Origin: Blastocystis sp. subtype 4
Lineage: Eukaryota
Direction: 5' to 3'
Length of the DNA stretch: 64,000 bases
NCBI RefSeq assembly: GCF_000743755.1
Contig: NW_014569532.1
Location: 1 to 64,000 of the forward strand
In this document: positions 12,301 through 25,048 of the stretch, piece by piece
How positions within the stretch are numbered: position 1 is the first letter of the stretch
Layout: each line of letters begins with the position of its first letter
The notes under the pieces: generated by a model
Seen by the model: only the letters and a program-made list of their open reading frames with translations
Told to the model about the DNA's origin: nothing
The model's database searches: none
Program-made: the position numbers and the translations under genes

Positions 12301-12797
12301 CCATTGGTTACAATGTATATATGACGAATCCAAGGAGCATTCTTCTCAAGCGAGCGAAGACTATATCTACTTCTAATGCAACATCCAAAATACAACCTTA
12401 ACTCATCGTTATCTCGAAATCGATTTATCGATGTTGCTTGATCATCAATGGTGTTTCTCGAAGTATTATGTGATTCGTCCCACTTCTGTTTGTAGTACGT
12501 CATTTCCTTAAACCATTCGGGATCAGAACCGTTCACCCAAGTGTACACAGCATCGATAATAGGGTAACAAACGTCATCTGATACATCTTCGTAACCTATA
12601 TTATCAAAATAGTTGGTTCCACAATAGGTATAACGCAAGGGATGTCGAATTGTTGCATGGATGAATAAGGAATTATAAACTATGTTTCCAATGGAGAACA
12701 CGATCAAAGCCGCCCTTTCTAGTTATTCCTTATGAAAAGACACGTACAAACAAAAACATCCATACTTCGTGGAAACAAGTTTAGAAAAACCCGACAT
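9378..12797 (-). CDS. GNPTAB: Stealth-family GlcNAc-1-phosphotransferase (GNPTAB-like) with LNR/Notch repeats and an EF-hand
   Basis: CR1 IDAVYTWVNGSDPEW; CR2 [37 protein letters not shown]...YFNDD; LNR-like C..EQCGFDGLDC; CR3 PAHMPH...RFRSANDLQFSFTYFH; EF-hand FDADGDGFLNEYE; CR4 ending FFPLPSQFEK. N-terminal TM. Confidence 0.88.
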
Positions 12798-13922
12798 CAA
12801 ATAGAAAAATAGAAAACAATAGAATGAAAGGTCAAAAGCACTTTCTGTTGAATGCGAAAATAATCTACCGATAACTAATTTGAGTTGTAACACGAACAAA
12901 CAGCAATATGAGGATATCTGGTGCTGATTTTTCCATAAGCAGTAGTGAGAACTAAAGTGCCATATAGAGTAGAAAGCGATGACATCTTGTGTAGTTTTTG
13001 TTTGGATCTATCATCTAGCCCATTTTCCACCACTTACCAATTCAGAGATCTTGTGGAATTGTTTCCCGAAAACACTCATTGCAGCTTCAAAAACTGCAAT
13101 TTCGTATGGATTCCACTTATCTACATCTTATGTACACATACCACGATGACTTAAAACAACTACATCCTGGTTCTCCTGACCATTCAGTAATCGATTCTTC
13201 TTGATAGGTCGGGTCTACCACTAAAGAACACTCACAATATCAAACCTCAGGAACATATGTATTGGGATCATGTCTATCCAAATAGTACTCTGTAACAACT
13301 AGTAATCGACGTTCTAACTCGATTTGAAGTAATGCTACAATCGATCTTTCACTCCACTCTTACACATCCGACGAGGATATGAGTGAATGTCGACACCACC
13401 ACCACGCATCTTCTGACGATGCCAAGGACAAATGGCGATATCTACATGCTCATGCAAACAGACTGACTACCATTTTTGCACCCGCATTTTTCACACTTGT
13501 ATCCACTTTCTGGGGGAGAAATCTCCATTCTACACATCACTCTGTTGTCGAATCACAACCGCTGACGACTTGTCATTCTCTTATCAGGTTTGATGAATAG
13601 GGATTTCCGTATTTCCAGCACTGTGGCCTTTTCATTCTTGTCTATCGTTGTTTGTATAGAAGTAACTCCTACTTAGATTATCTATTGGCTGGGAAGGGTT
13701 CCTTGCCAGTTCCTTCAAAAACAAAATAGCACGAATCACCCGATCTGCCACTGATCACTCACTTCATCGACACTCTTACCTCGTTCTTTTATCGGTTTCT
13801 TTGATTTTACTCCCTTTGCTACCATTTATGTGTGATTCTTTCTTAACATAAAAGGCTATTTGGTGAATTACCATTTTTGTTATTATTGTTTGAGTTGCAT
13901 TTTTGACGAGTTAGAGTGACTC

Positions 13923-15412
13923 ATGTCGTTATTCAAGGACGAGACGACGTGTTCTTTGAGTTCACCTCAATCCAAAGAATCGTATCTTGTTAGTGATGTG
14001 AATGATGACAGGGTAGAAAGAAACGAGAACGGAACAAAAAGAATGATGATCGTATGAAACAGCGAAAGGAGTATAAACACTTATGTGATGAGACTGAATA
14101 TATCATTAAGAATGGAATGCGATATGTTAAGCCCTACATCTATAGACATGAGACTAATTGCAAACAGGTTTGGAAGAAACCGATCTATGACTCCTAGAGA
14201 TGGTTCGGCCGAACTATTTTGGATGTCTTTTCGACCGAGTTTGGTGCCTATTCTGCAGATTATTATCGAGATGCTATTGTTACTGGTCGAATTGTTGTCA
14301 ATAATAAGAAAGTCTCCACAGATTACTTACTGAAGAATGGAGATGTTATTTGTCATACTGTTCATCGACATGAACCACCTGTTCCATATGATCCAGTACA
14401 TATTGTTGGTGAAACAGATGAACTCATTGCAGTGAACAAACCCTCCTCGATTCCTGTTCATACATGCGGTGCCTATCGCTACAACTCGTTGGAGATGATC
14501 CTGAAAGTCGAAGGTGGTTTCCAGAACATCTATCTGATTCATCGTCTTGATCGTGTAACTAGTGGGATTGTACTGCTAGCGAAGCAAAAGGAGACAGCAG
14601 CTCGTCTATCGGAATCTCTTCGTCAGGGAGGTGTTCACAAAGTATATCTTGCTGAAGTGGAGGGTCAATGGAAATGGCAGGAAGAATGGAACCAGAAAAG
14701 TGTTGATCGTGTTGGTGAAGCAGGAGTGGGTGTAAGTGTGGGTATAGCTGTAGTAAGTCAACGAGATGGGATTATGCGATGTGATGCTGAACAGGGGAAG
14801 GTAGACACTTGGGATACGATTGAGGGATAGTCAGCTTACACTTACTTCTGTCCACTCCTTTACAGTCCCCAACTCAATCATACTCTTCTGGTGTGTCTTC
14901 CAATCACAGGACGGACACATCAGATTCGTCTTCACTGTGCATATTTAGGTCATCCCATTGATAACGATATGAATTACAATCCACATGTGTATGTCCCTAA
15001 GTAAGTGTGAACGAAGCACAATGACTAGACATACGATAACTCCATGGACTCCTCCTACAATCGATCCAAAGGATCTAGATACCTTATCTCAGGGTTTGGA
15101 TGAGGAGAAGACATGATTGAGTAGAGGAGATCGTAAAGAAGTATTGTCGTTGGTGTTCCATGCCGGAAGAGGAGAGATTCAACGATTTATTCAAAGAAAC
15201 ACAGTTACATCTCACATCCATTCATTTGCATGCTCTTTCGTATACAGTAAGACTGTTGGGAGGAAACCAAGACTAGATCGAAGGAACGACATTTCAAACC
15301 GATTTGCCATCTTGGAAAATTCTGAAGGATACAGAACCAGCAGTGTTACTATCGAAGATTGAAGAGTTTAAACACATTGTTGTTGAATCCGAGAAAGCGA
15401 ATTCCCATTCCT
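13923..15412 (+). CDS. RluA-family RNA pseudouridine synthase (RPUSD2/Pus9-like) with S4 domain
   Basis: [28 protein letters not shown] (catalytic Asp), [19 protein letters not shown]. Probable poly(A)-completed stop at 15412. Confidence 0.88.
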
Positions 15413-15438
15413 TTTTTGTTTGTTTGCAATTGTCCACG

Positions 15439-16586
15439 ATGCACGAGTCGCTGGAAACGCAAACAGTACATACGCCGATTGCCGAAGAAGCATCTTTGCT
15501 GACAGAATCTGTATGGGATGAAAGGAAGAATGGAATTTCGCCACGGAAAACAGATCAGAGTCGACGTACACTGATTTCGGAGATGCTCCCTCCATTCTCG
15601 GATCCAGTAAGTGAAAACGATGAAGACGAAGTTTCCTTTGAAGAAGTTCTAAAAATGGATGAAGAATCAATGAAACTCTTGTCGCAAGAAGACATGTAGC
15701 GTTATTCGATCAGTTTCCCTGTAGAGATATTCTCCGAAATGGATATAAGAAGAATCATGTCATTCTTCAGAAAGTAGATGTAACAAACTCGGATTCTGAG
15801 CTTGCTTATATTGATGAATATCTCTATGAAGAGCAGGAAAATCCCCCTGCAACAAAGCTTCCGATTCGCATTATCAATCAATTTGTACTGGACTCTCGTA
15901 AAGTCGTATTAGATTATCTCAAACGACCCTATCATCCCATATTATATACATCGACTTTGAATAGTTGTACACACGGAATTGAACCGAAACAAGAGGAAGG
16001 AGATTTGTACTCCATTATTCAGAGGAAACATCGAAATGTATGAATGTGAGAATTGGATAATAAACAGAATCGATGGTGCAAGCAAGTAAAGAAGAGTAGT
16101 AAGACGGCACAGCTTGTTCTCCATTATTGTTTCTCTCAGAGCGAATTCATACCGTCCGTATACAATGTATATCGCGTAGATGTTTTCTCCAGGCATCATC
16201 ACTAGCTGAATCCTTCGTTAAAAGATACTTCAAATCCGTTTCTATTTGTAATTGGTGATTGCTCACTTGTGTATTCCATTCTGACACAAGGTCACCAGCA
16301 TCTTCCTCAAACAGATTGGTTTCTTACGGACTCTATTTCAGTTGCCCTTCGTTATCAACAAGAGTCGCTGACGTCTGTATCTCAGAGTATTCTTATTGTC
16401 GTGTACCAGGGATCTGTTCAGAAGATACCACCATTTGCTTCATCTCTTTCACAATTTGAAACAAAAGCGAAGAATGAGGCCATTGAAAGTGTGGTGGGGA
16501 AGGCAAGGATTACTCGTATTCCCTCCAGATTAAGTGGTTTAATTACTCCATGTTATATAGTTCTACTGAAGTTGTATCTTTGTTAG
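15439..16586 (+). CDS. Hypothetical multi-exon protein with acidic N-terminus
   Basis: ATG at 15439 (MHESLETQ...) with coding-like exons separated by short GT-AG introns. No family recognised. Confidence 0.45.
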
Positions 16587-16631
16587 ATAAATTAATAAAA
16601 ATTATTCTACCTGAGGAAGTTCAGTTAACAA

Positions 16632-18534
16632 ATGGTGAACTATCTTGCGGTGGATTTTGGCACCACGAAACTTTGTGCAGCAGGAAAGATACGAGGGCAA
16701 TTCACAACCATCCAGATTGAGCAGAATGATCTTAATCCATCGGATGTGTTCTTAGGTGATCAAATCTATGTTGGAAGACAGGCAAGGAAAATGGGAGAGA
16801 AGGACCCGAGTCGGTTGGTAACCAACATCAAGAGATTGATAGGAAGAACGATAAATGATCCACTTCTTGTAGAGTACTGCGAAAACCAAGAATTTTCTAT
16901 TGTTGAAGTGGATGGAAGTCTTGCCTTGGAATGCTCTGTTAAAGGAAGTACAAAAACATATTTCCTATATGACATTATTTCCGATGTATTACGTTATGTT
17001 CTTAAAGAAGCGGAACAGAGTTGCAATTGCACATTTGATGGGCTGGTACTCACAATTCCACCTGTATGGAATGAAAATCAGAAAACAGAATTCATTCGTT
17101 GTGCTCATCGCTTATCTGTTCCACACATTGAGATTGTCACTGAGACTGTAGCTTCTTGTCTAAATGCGGGATACAGTCCTTCAAAGAAAGTCCGGTATGT
17201 TATGGTTGTAGATGGTGGAGGTGGTACATTCGATGTAACCACACTTCGTATTTCGAAGGCTGGTGGTTTTGAAGTGATAGCTACTAATGGATTGGAAATT
17301 GGTGGTATTGATTTCACAAAAGCATTACTTAAGGATGTGATGAGCCAACTACAGAGTCTTGGTATGGATATTACCAAGTTAACCCCTTCTCAACGTAGTA
17401 GAATCCACAGTATTGTGGAAGAGACCAAGATCAGTCTCTCTTCCCAAGATACGGCCTCTCTCGATGTGGATAGTCGATCTGGTGATGTGTTGCATATCCA
17501 GGTCACAAAGGAGAATCTTGCTAATGATTGTCATACACTCTTCAAGCGATGTTGGGAAGTAGTTGCGAAGACAATTGAACAGTCTGCAGCTCAGGATGCA
17601 AAACCAGAGTATTTGATCCTTTGTGGTGATGGTCTGCGAATCGACAAATTGTGGAAATCCATTGCCGGGTACTTCTCAGACTCTTTCGTCACAAATCTCC
17701 CTTCAAACTCGGTGGCGATGGGTGCTGCAATCTTTAGTCAGATGGACTATGTTCAGAAGCGTCATTATGATGGTGATGCATGTCAAATACCTCCCACCCA
17801 GCCTCCTACTCAGCCTTCCACTCAACCTCCTACTCAGCCTCCCACTGGACCATCAGCATTACTGTGTCAATCTTCATTACCTCGTCCTGTACTGTCGTTT
17901 ACTTCCGTGCAACCTTTAGTCCCAGATGGAGTCGATGCAAATGACTTGCGTCCAAATTCCATTATAGGATTTGATGGCTCTCAATTGGATCCAAGTCAAT
18001 TGAGAGAGAGTCAGATCCCATTTCCATTACCCAGAACCTCTCAGATTACGAATCTTGAGGAATATACGGTGAGTGAGAAGCGCTCATACAATGTTTATAT
18101 CGCAAAGCAGCCTATTTACCCTAATGCAACCGACTTACGACCGATCATCCAAGCATCGGCAGTTCTTCCTTTCAGTTCAGTACCTCTCCACTGGAAGACA
18201 TTAGCCAACAGACCATTGATAATTCGACTGTACGAGGGATGCGAAAGTTACAAGAGTAAGTGTCGTTGTATTCGTATTCTGGAGTTGCAGCGAGATGAAT
18301 ATCACTCCTTGGAAAAGGAGTGTAGGTATTCCTGTATATGTACTGCTGATGTCTCTGGGATACTCCATCTTGATTTTCACTGGGATGACACGAAAGAGGA
18401 GATCAAAGTGGCACATGATTATTCTCCAGATCGTGAGAACAAATCGATTGCAACGTTGCCTTCTGTTCATAATGTAGTATTACCTGCAGCGAATGAGACT
18501 GTGTCGGAAGATGAAAAGACTCCTGTTTTAGAGT
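16632..18534 (+). CDS. Divergent Hsp70-family (actin-like ATPase) protein with Pro/Thr/Gln linker
   Basis: LAVDFGTT, VTNIKRLIGR, LVLTIPP.W, VMVVDGGGGTFDVT, IGGIDF, EETKISLS. Intronless; predicted end at 18534 by poly(A) (genomic ORF continues to 18707). Confidence 0.85.
17790..17846 (+). repeat. 12-bp coding tandem repeat (PPTQ/PSTQ, about 4.75 copies)
   Basis: cctcccacccag cctcctactcag ccttccactcaa cctcctactcag cctcccact. Confidence 0.85.
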
Positions 18535-18538
18535 TTTC

Positions 18539-18546
18539 TGTTTGTT
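18539..18546 (+). terminator. TGTTTGTT 3'-end processing (polyadenylation) motif; representative copy
   Basis: The same or a near-identical motif sits at the 3' end of most genes, e.g. 2797, 15417, 21145, 38147, 43262 and 53699 (+), and 9366-9373, 33523-33530, 43324-43331 and 63437-63444 (-). Confidence 0.8.
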
Positions 18547-18611
18547 ACTATTCCTTCCAAGTTTACTTCAAATTCAATTTTTCATCATTGTTTTTGTATT
18601 TATATCCGAGA

Positions 18612-21140
18612 ATGGAAGAGAAGTTATTCATAATTACAAGAGGAGGTAATACTAAGAGGGATGGGTTTTCTCGTAGCTGTTCCACTCATCGAACAGTCAT
18701 TCATTGATGAAAGTCGCGAAGCCATTATCAAGACAATTCACGCCGTATTTGAAGGAAAGCAAAGTGAATATGGATTTCAATGGGTATATATGGTATTTAA
18801 GTTGGAAATGTATAATGGAAAGAGAGAAAAGCTTCTTTGTGATTACGGTCGTCAAGCTGAATTGTTCGAGGATGTTACGGCATGCTTGCAATCTATCCTT
18901 TCTGAGAAATGCAATTCGTTACTAAATTCCTTTTCTTCTGATAAGACGGCGGTTCTAACGCTTGTCTATAAGTTTTGGACAGAGATCTACCATAACATCC
19001 TAACAGTTTCAAGTTTATTGAATCACTTGAGTCAGAGTAATCCAATGTGAGTAATGGGTCAATTTCTCACGGAAAGGCATAACATAAAGAAGTACTGTAT
19101 CTCACTAATTCTGCAGATTCTGCGACAACAGGAAGAAGAAACAAATTTCATTTCTACAGTAGGAATTGGAGGGAGAGTTGACTTCAGCTGTTTGCTTCGC
19201 TAATTGCTTCTATATCTTCTATCCGTATTGTCTATTTATCAAAGATTGCCGAAAACAGTGAAATGGAAGTTGAAACAGATGGAACACTAGAACACTCCGA
19301 AATCCGCACGGTAGTGGAAATGCTGGATACTCTTACAATTTACGGCGATTTCGAGTCGCAGTACTTGGCCTCTCTGCGTAGAGAAGATTCCCGTCATTAC
19401 CTGTAGAACTGTTTTACCGTGATTATTCGTATCGATCATTGCTACACTCCACGATCACGGAGTATATTCATCACATTCAGTATGTTCTATCTACAGTACG
19501 TTCTGGTAGAAGCAAGCAATGAATAGGAATTTCGAGTCTGTTCACAACTACTGCGCTACCGGACTGAAGTCTTGATTCGACCTCAGACACTTAAAGCCTA
19601 CCTCTCATTGTATGTATCTGAGATCCTACAGAAGGGTCTGGAGGAATTGTTGCAAAACCGTAATATGGAGGATCTAACAGTATTATATGACTATTTCGAG
19701 GTAATAGGATCTCTGGGAGCACTGAAAGATGGGATCTGTAAGTACATTCGTAGTCTGAATACCATTATCTGTACAGATGCTGGAATTCCTCAATTCATTC
19801 AAATTATTGTCATTGGTTCAATTCATTGCTGATTTCTAGAAGAATCTGAGTTCCTATAATGAGGTGTGTTTCCACGGGAATTCTCAATTTTCATTGGGTG
19901 TGCGAGGAGCTTTGTTAGAGCTTGTAAACAGTAATCTCGAGGCGTACAAATGAGGTGTTGTAACTATGTAGATTGTGTGAGCATTTGGTGGCTTATATTG
20001 ATTCCAGTGTCCGCAACCAAGGGGCAACATTAACAGAAACTTGGGTAAATGACTGCATGCTTATTATTGGACTCATGACCCAAAAGGAAGCCTTTGAGGG
20101 TCTGTTGCGACGCTGTTTCTATCAACACATCTTGGAATGTACCCACGGGGATTTCATGTTATGAATAGTTAATGACCAATTATGTCCTGCAGAAACAGCT
20201 CTGATAGATCAGCTGAAGGTGTTATGTGGAAATGTGTTTGTCACCCGTCTGGATTCACTGGCTAAGGATGCTATCACATCACGAGAGTTTAATGATTATT
20301 TGAAACAAGTAGAAATCCAGAAATCAGGTTATTTTTAGAACTTCCATTTTTCGGAAGAATTTTCAAATTCTACGTTCCATGTTCTGTCGAAAGGTCTTTG
20401 ATTCTAATCATATTCATGTGTAGATTCGTCTATAAAGCCGTTGTATTTGGATATTCAACTTCCCCCCACAATTGCTGTAATGAAGTCGAATTTCGAGGAA
20501 GCTTATTACAAGCGATACACGAGTCGTATCCTTCAATGGATGTTTGAGGAGTCACAGTTCACTGTGAGCATGATAGTACCAGGAGGAACGGTGGATTTAC
20601 GAGTGAATTTCGATCAAATGATGATCCTTAATGCATTTGATATGGTTTCGGATCTCTCATTCTCTCAGTTAGCAGATCAAACGAAACTCCCTATATCCCA
20701 TTTGTCAACAGCTTTGACACAATTGTGTAGTGATCATGCAGGGTGTCTGTTAGTGATTCAGTCAGGATCTATTGAGGATCAATCAGCCTTCTTCCATCTG
20801 AATGATGCTCCTTCACTAACAGGACCAAGTGTGAATCTGGTTCCACCAACCTTACTGACAATTCATGCTCCCATTGCTGCACCGATTCAAGATATGACTG
20901 TTACTCATCGTACAAAGGTGGATGCAGCCATTGTACGGATCATGAAGAAACACAGAATCGTACGTTATTCTGATCTGGTTGCTCAGCTATCAACAGTGCT
21001 CGATTTCCTTCCTGAAGTACTGTAGTAGTGATGTGTTGATGGATAGGAGGCATTTGTGAAGGAACGCGTTGAGTCCCTTATCAGCAAGGATTATCTGGAA
21101 CGTAATGGAGAAGATGAATCGATCCTTATGTATCAACCAT
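18612..21140 (+). CDS. Divergent cullin-family protein
   Basis: First intron 18646-18676. Contains FEEAYYKRYTSRILQW, the neddylation domain KVDAAIVRIMKKHR, and KERVESLISKDYLER. Probable poly(A)-completed stop at 21140. Confidence 0.85.
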
Positions 21141-21249
21141 CAAGTGTTTGTTGAATTAGTGTACTCACTGGACCATTATAACGAGGATTGTTCTAACAAA
21201 TAGACTGAAATCAAACAGATATAAACTATACACAACTGTCTTCAGATCG

Positions 21250-22166
21250 TTTATTGACAAAGAATGAACCTTGATGTGTACGGAAAACTGGCTACAATAA
21301 GAAGAATCCACTCAACTCCATACAAGATTAATTCCATCCCAAAAGAGCAAGAAACTAAAAAGAATGAACGATATGATTGTAAGTATATCATGAGATGGAG
21401 TACTCTGCACTTATAACAACTTATCATACCATACATGAGAATTCTCATAGAACCACATAACCAAGAGAGTAATGATAAATGCCAAGACTTGAACGATTGA
21501 ACTAGGATACACTGATCCTCTCATACCTACGTGAAAACAGCATTACTGTATTGAACCAATCTGGAATAGAATTGATCATACAGAAGTCCTGATAGAATGT
21601 ACACTAGAAGCCAGATCCAAGTCTACTATCTGAAACTACATAGAAGCCTACACCATGACCGAATGTGGTCAGAAGTCCATTCCAAATTGAGAGTAGAAAT
21701 GTGAAGAGATCAGCAAACTGGATACAACTAGGGTCACGCAAAGCAAACATGACAAAGACGATTAGGAGCGAGAAATAGCACTCATAACGATACACGTAGA
21801 ACTCAAATTCATTCTGCATGGAGGGCTAGAAATGATTTATTGAATCATTTCAAACAAATCGTAACAGAGTCTGAGCAGTGAAGGCAGTAGCATAGGAGTT
21901 CAGTACAACTGCAAGAATGAAGAGGATGGTTGCAATGATAATAGTTGGACAACACGTACGACGGTTGATAATGAGAGATAATCTGAATAGAAATAGAAAG
22001 AAACAAGATACATGATAAGGATGAGTGAGGTGAATCCGAGAACGAATTGACATGTTCGAGACCAATTCCATCCAGTTAAGTGAAGGAAATATAAAAATCC
22101 TCCATTAAATACACAGGATGATTGCATAAGAACTACGAGATGGGTGGATTGTAAATGAGGTGTCAT
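21250..22166 (-). CDS. Hypothetical multi-pass membrane protein (boundaries uncertain)
   Basis: Consecutive hydrophobic minus-strand ORF fragments separated by intron-sized gaps. Confidence 0.4.
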
Positions 22167-22661
22167 AAAACAGATTAAGATATAATATACAGAGCTAGTA
22201 ATTGCGATAATAAATGAGCGATAATCAGGAACTTGATACTCAGAGTATTCTAACGAATGATGACTCTATTTGTAAACTTCTGTGCAAAAATGAACCTGTT
22301 TCTTTTGATATTCAAGAGAGATTTTGCTTATGACTACGTGAAGGAGGAAATACAAAAAGCAAATAAAGGCAGCACCACTACGGAATAATGTAGATTCCTT
22401 TGAATGTACTTGGATTCAGTAATATCCAAATACACTTTGAAGCTAACAATCTCCAAACCCGAACATATAAGTGTTGCAAACCCAAGAAGAATAAGCTATG
22501 GATGAGTTCAGATTGCAATGTTAACGAGAAACCATCGATAACCTTTATGACAATAATCTTCTTTCTATTCATAATTCTAACCTCCTGTAAAAACGATCAA
22601 TGGTTCCGCATTCTCCATTTTGTGGAATGCAGAATCAAATCTGTCTTCTTCGATTTGGAGA

Positions 22662-23315
22662 ATGATGAAAAGAGGAATAGTTCTGTTGATAGCACTGACA
22701 TTGTGCTTTGGAAGTGTATGAAATGGGAGATGTGTTGACGTTCAGGGAGAAAAGCTTCACATGGATGTATACATCGAATCAATTTGTGGGGATTGCCACC
22801 GCTTCGTAGCAAATGAGTTGAAGTTCATTGCACTCCATCCAGAGTTGCTGGATTATGTTGACTTGGATCTTCACATTTTCGGTAAGGCACATATTATAGA
22901 CGCGTCGGAACCTCGTTTTTCGTGTCAGTTTGGAGAGCCCGGCTGTGTTGGAAACCGCGCATTGGGGTGCATTTACCATCACTCTACGTCCTTTTATGAT
23001 GCTGTTCGTGTGATGGAATGTATGTATGAGAATCGTTTGTATTCGGAGACTTCAATTCATGCATGCTATGCTAAGTTTGGTCTGAATTCAAGAGATGCAG
23101 TCACATGTTTCAAAGGCTCAGAGGCCAATGAATTGCTTTTGGAAGCTGGAAAGCAGACTCCTATTTTGCGGTGGGTGCCAGGATTCAAGACGGACGGTGA
23201 TGTGCGTCTAGACACTCGCAATGTTGTTAATGTCATTTGTGCCAGTATTCAAGGAGAGAAGCCTTCTGTTTGTCACCAGACAAAACACACTGTTGGAATG
23301 GATGCCGAGCTATGA
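22662..23315 (+). CDS. Second GILT/IFI30-family thiol reductase
   Basis: Signal-peptide exon MMKRGIVLLIALTLCFGS, 30-nt intron 22716-22745, YIESICGDC CXXC, and variant signature FSCQFGEPGCVGN. Confidence 0.85.
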
Positions 23316-23970
23316 GTTCTTTTGTTGCAACAAGCATTGGAATAGAGATAAGGATGTAGTTTTTGTCTTTTGGAATTAGGTTGGAATTGCATGAGATATC
23401 TCCTTTCACGCGTCATTTCTCGTTGTTTTATCCTACGTTTCAAACCATCTCAAACTATCGAACACATCACTCATCCCAGGCAATGAAGAAACACAGGAAA
23501 AGAGATTTTGGATCTCTTCTGGTTCAATTAGTGTCTTGGCTCCATCTGACTCTTTGTTTGCATCATCTTCTATTAGTTTATCCGAAACAATATCTAGAAT
23601 ATTGGAAACAAGCAATCGAATCTCTTCATTCCTGGACTTTAGATACTTTCACAATTCCATCCTACGCAGCTGGATCTATATGAAATCTCTGGTTCACCCG
23701 ACTTTTTAAATCTCTTTCGATACATAGGATTTTTGAGTCCGTTATAGTTTCCATGAGAGGATTCCTATGATATGTGTTTCGTCTTTGCATTATATAGGAA
23801 TCCATTTTTTAAATTGGTAGAAGCAGCCAAGAAACAAGATTCGCCTCATGTCAAACCATGTATTGTTAGGATCCTCTATAAATAGCTATGGTTCGAATTC
23901 ACTTTGTCTAACTGTCTGAAACAAACACTCCATAGTACGTAACAAAAGAATATACATATAGCGAAGATCC

Positions 23971-24267
<297 letters not shown>

Positions 24268-25048
24268 TCAAATCCATGTTAAACGGATCCTTCTAGAAAA
24301 CTGAGCGTGAAGTGAGATAGGATCATGGAGAGTTACTTATAATTCAAAATCACATTAACTGAGATGAAAACAGAGCAGCGGATCCATCAATCAGATGAAG
24401 AACACATTCAAAAAACAATCAAAAGCATATAAAAGGAACTATCTTTTGTTTTGATCTATCCGAAAATATCTTCACGAAAGCTTGATATCACTCATTATGG
24501 ACTTCGAAATCCCAAATGAGAATCTCTACTGTTTTCATCAGAATGATGACCAAAAATCATACTCATTGTCCAAATACATAAGACAACAATAACAATCTCC
24601 TAAACGAAGAATCGGTATATCCGGTGGAAACTGAATAATGATGGAGCGTTATCAACACTAGGAGCGTTGAGATAGATATTCCCCAGATGTACGATCATTA
24701 TAAGTCTAGAGAGCAGCATAATTCCATTATGTTGGCATGAATGAGCAATATCTGCTATTTATCACCTGTGAAAACAGCCCTTGAACGAAGTCCACAACAT
24801 TTACTGGAACTGAAAGTCAGTTCCATTCTACATTCGGTGACATATCAATTATGAGAAAAAGAGATAGAAATATGAGAGCAATTCATGATCATTGCCGATA
24901 AGATGAATTGGAGACGGATCCTTTTTAGTAAAACACCAAACTATCTTCTTATGCTCTCAAAAGAAATAAAGGAATAATCATCGTTATTGAGTTATATGTG
25001 ATTCCCCGCGGCTCATTAAAGAAGGGAAATGAACATCAAAAAGGAATA

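Noticed and set aside
12900..13850. Probable small multi-exon gene(s) here, and also at about 8860-9330 and 23340-23790
   Set aside because: Coding-like, but no reliable exon structure or family could be derived by eye.
24540..24640. Possible C/D box snoRNA (ATGATGA ... CTGA)
   Set aside because: The boxes are short and common in AT-rich DNA, and no terminal stem or rRNA-complementary guide could be verified.
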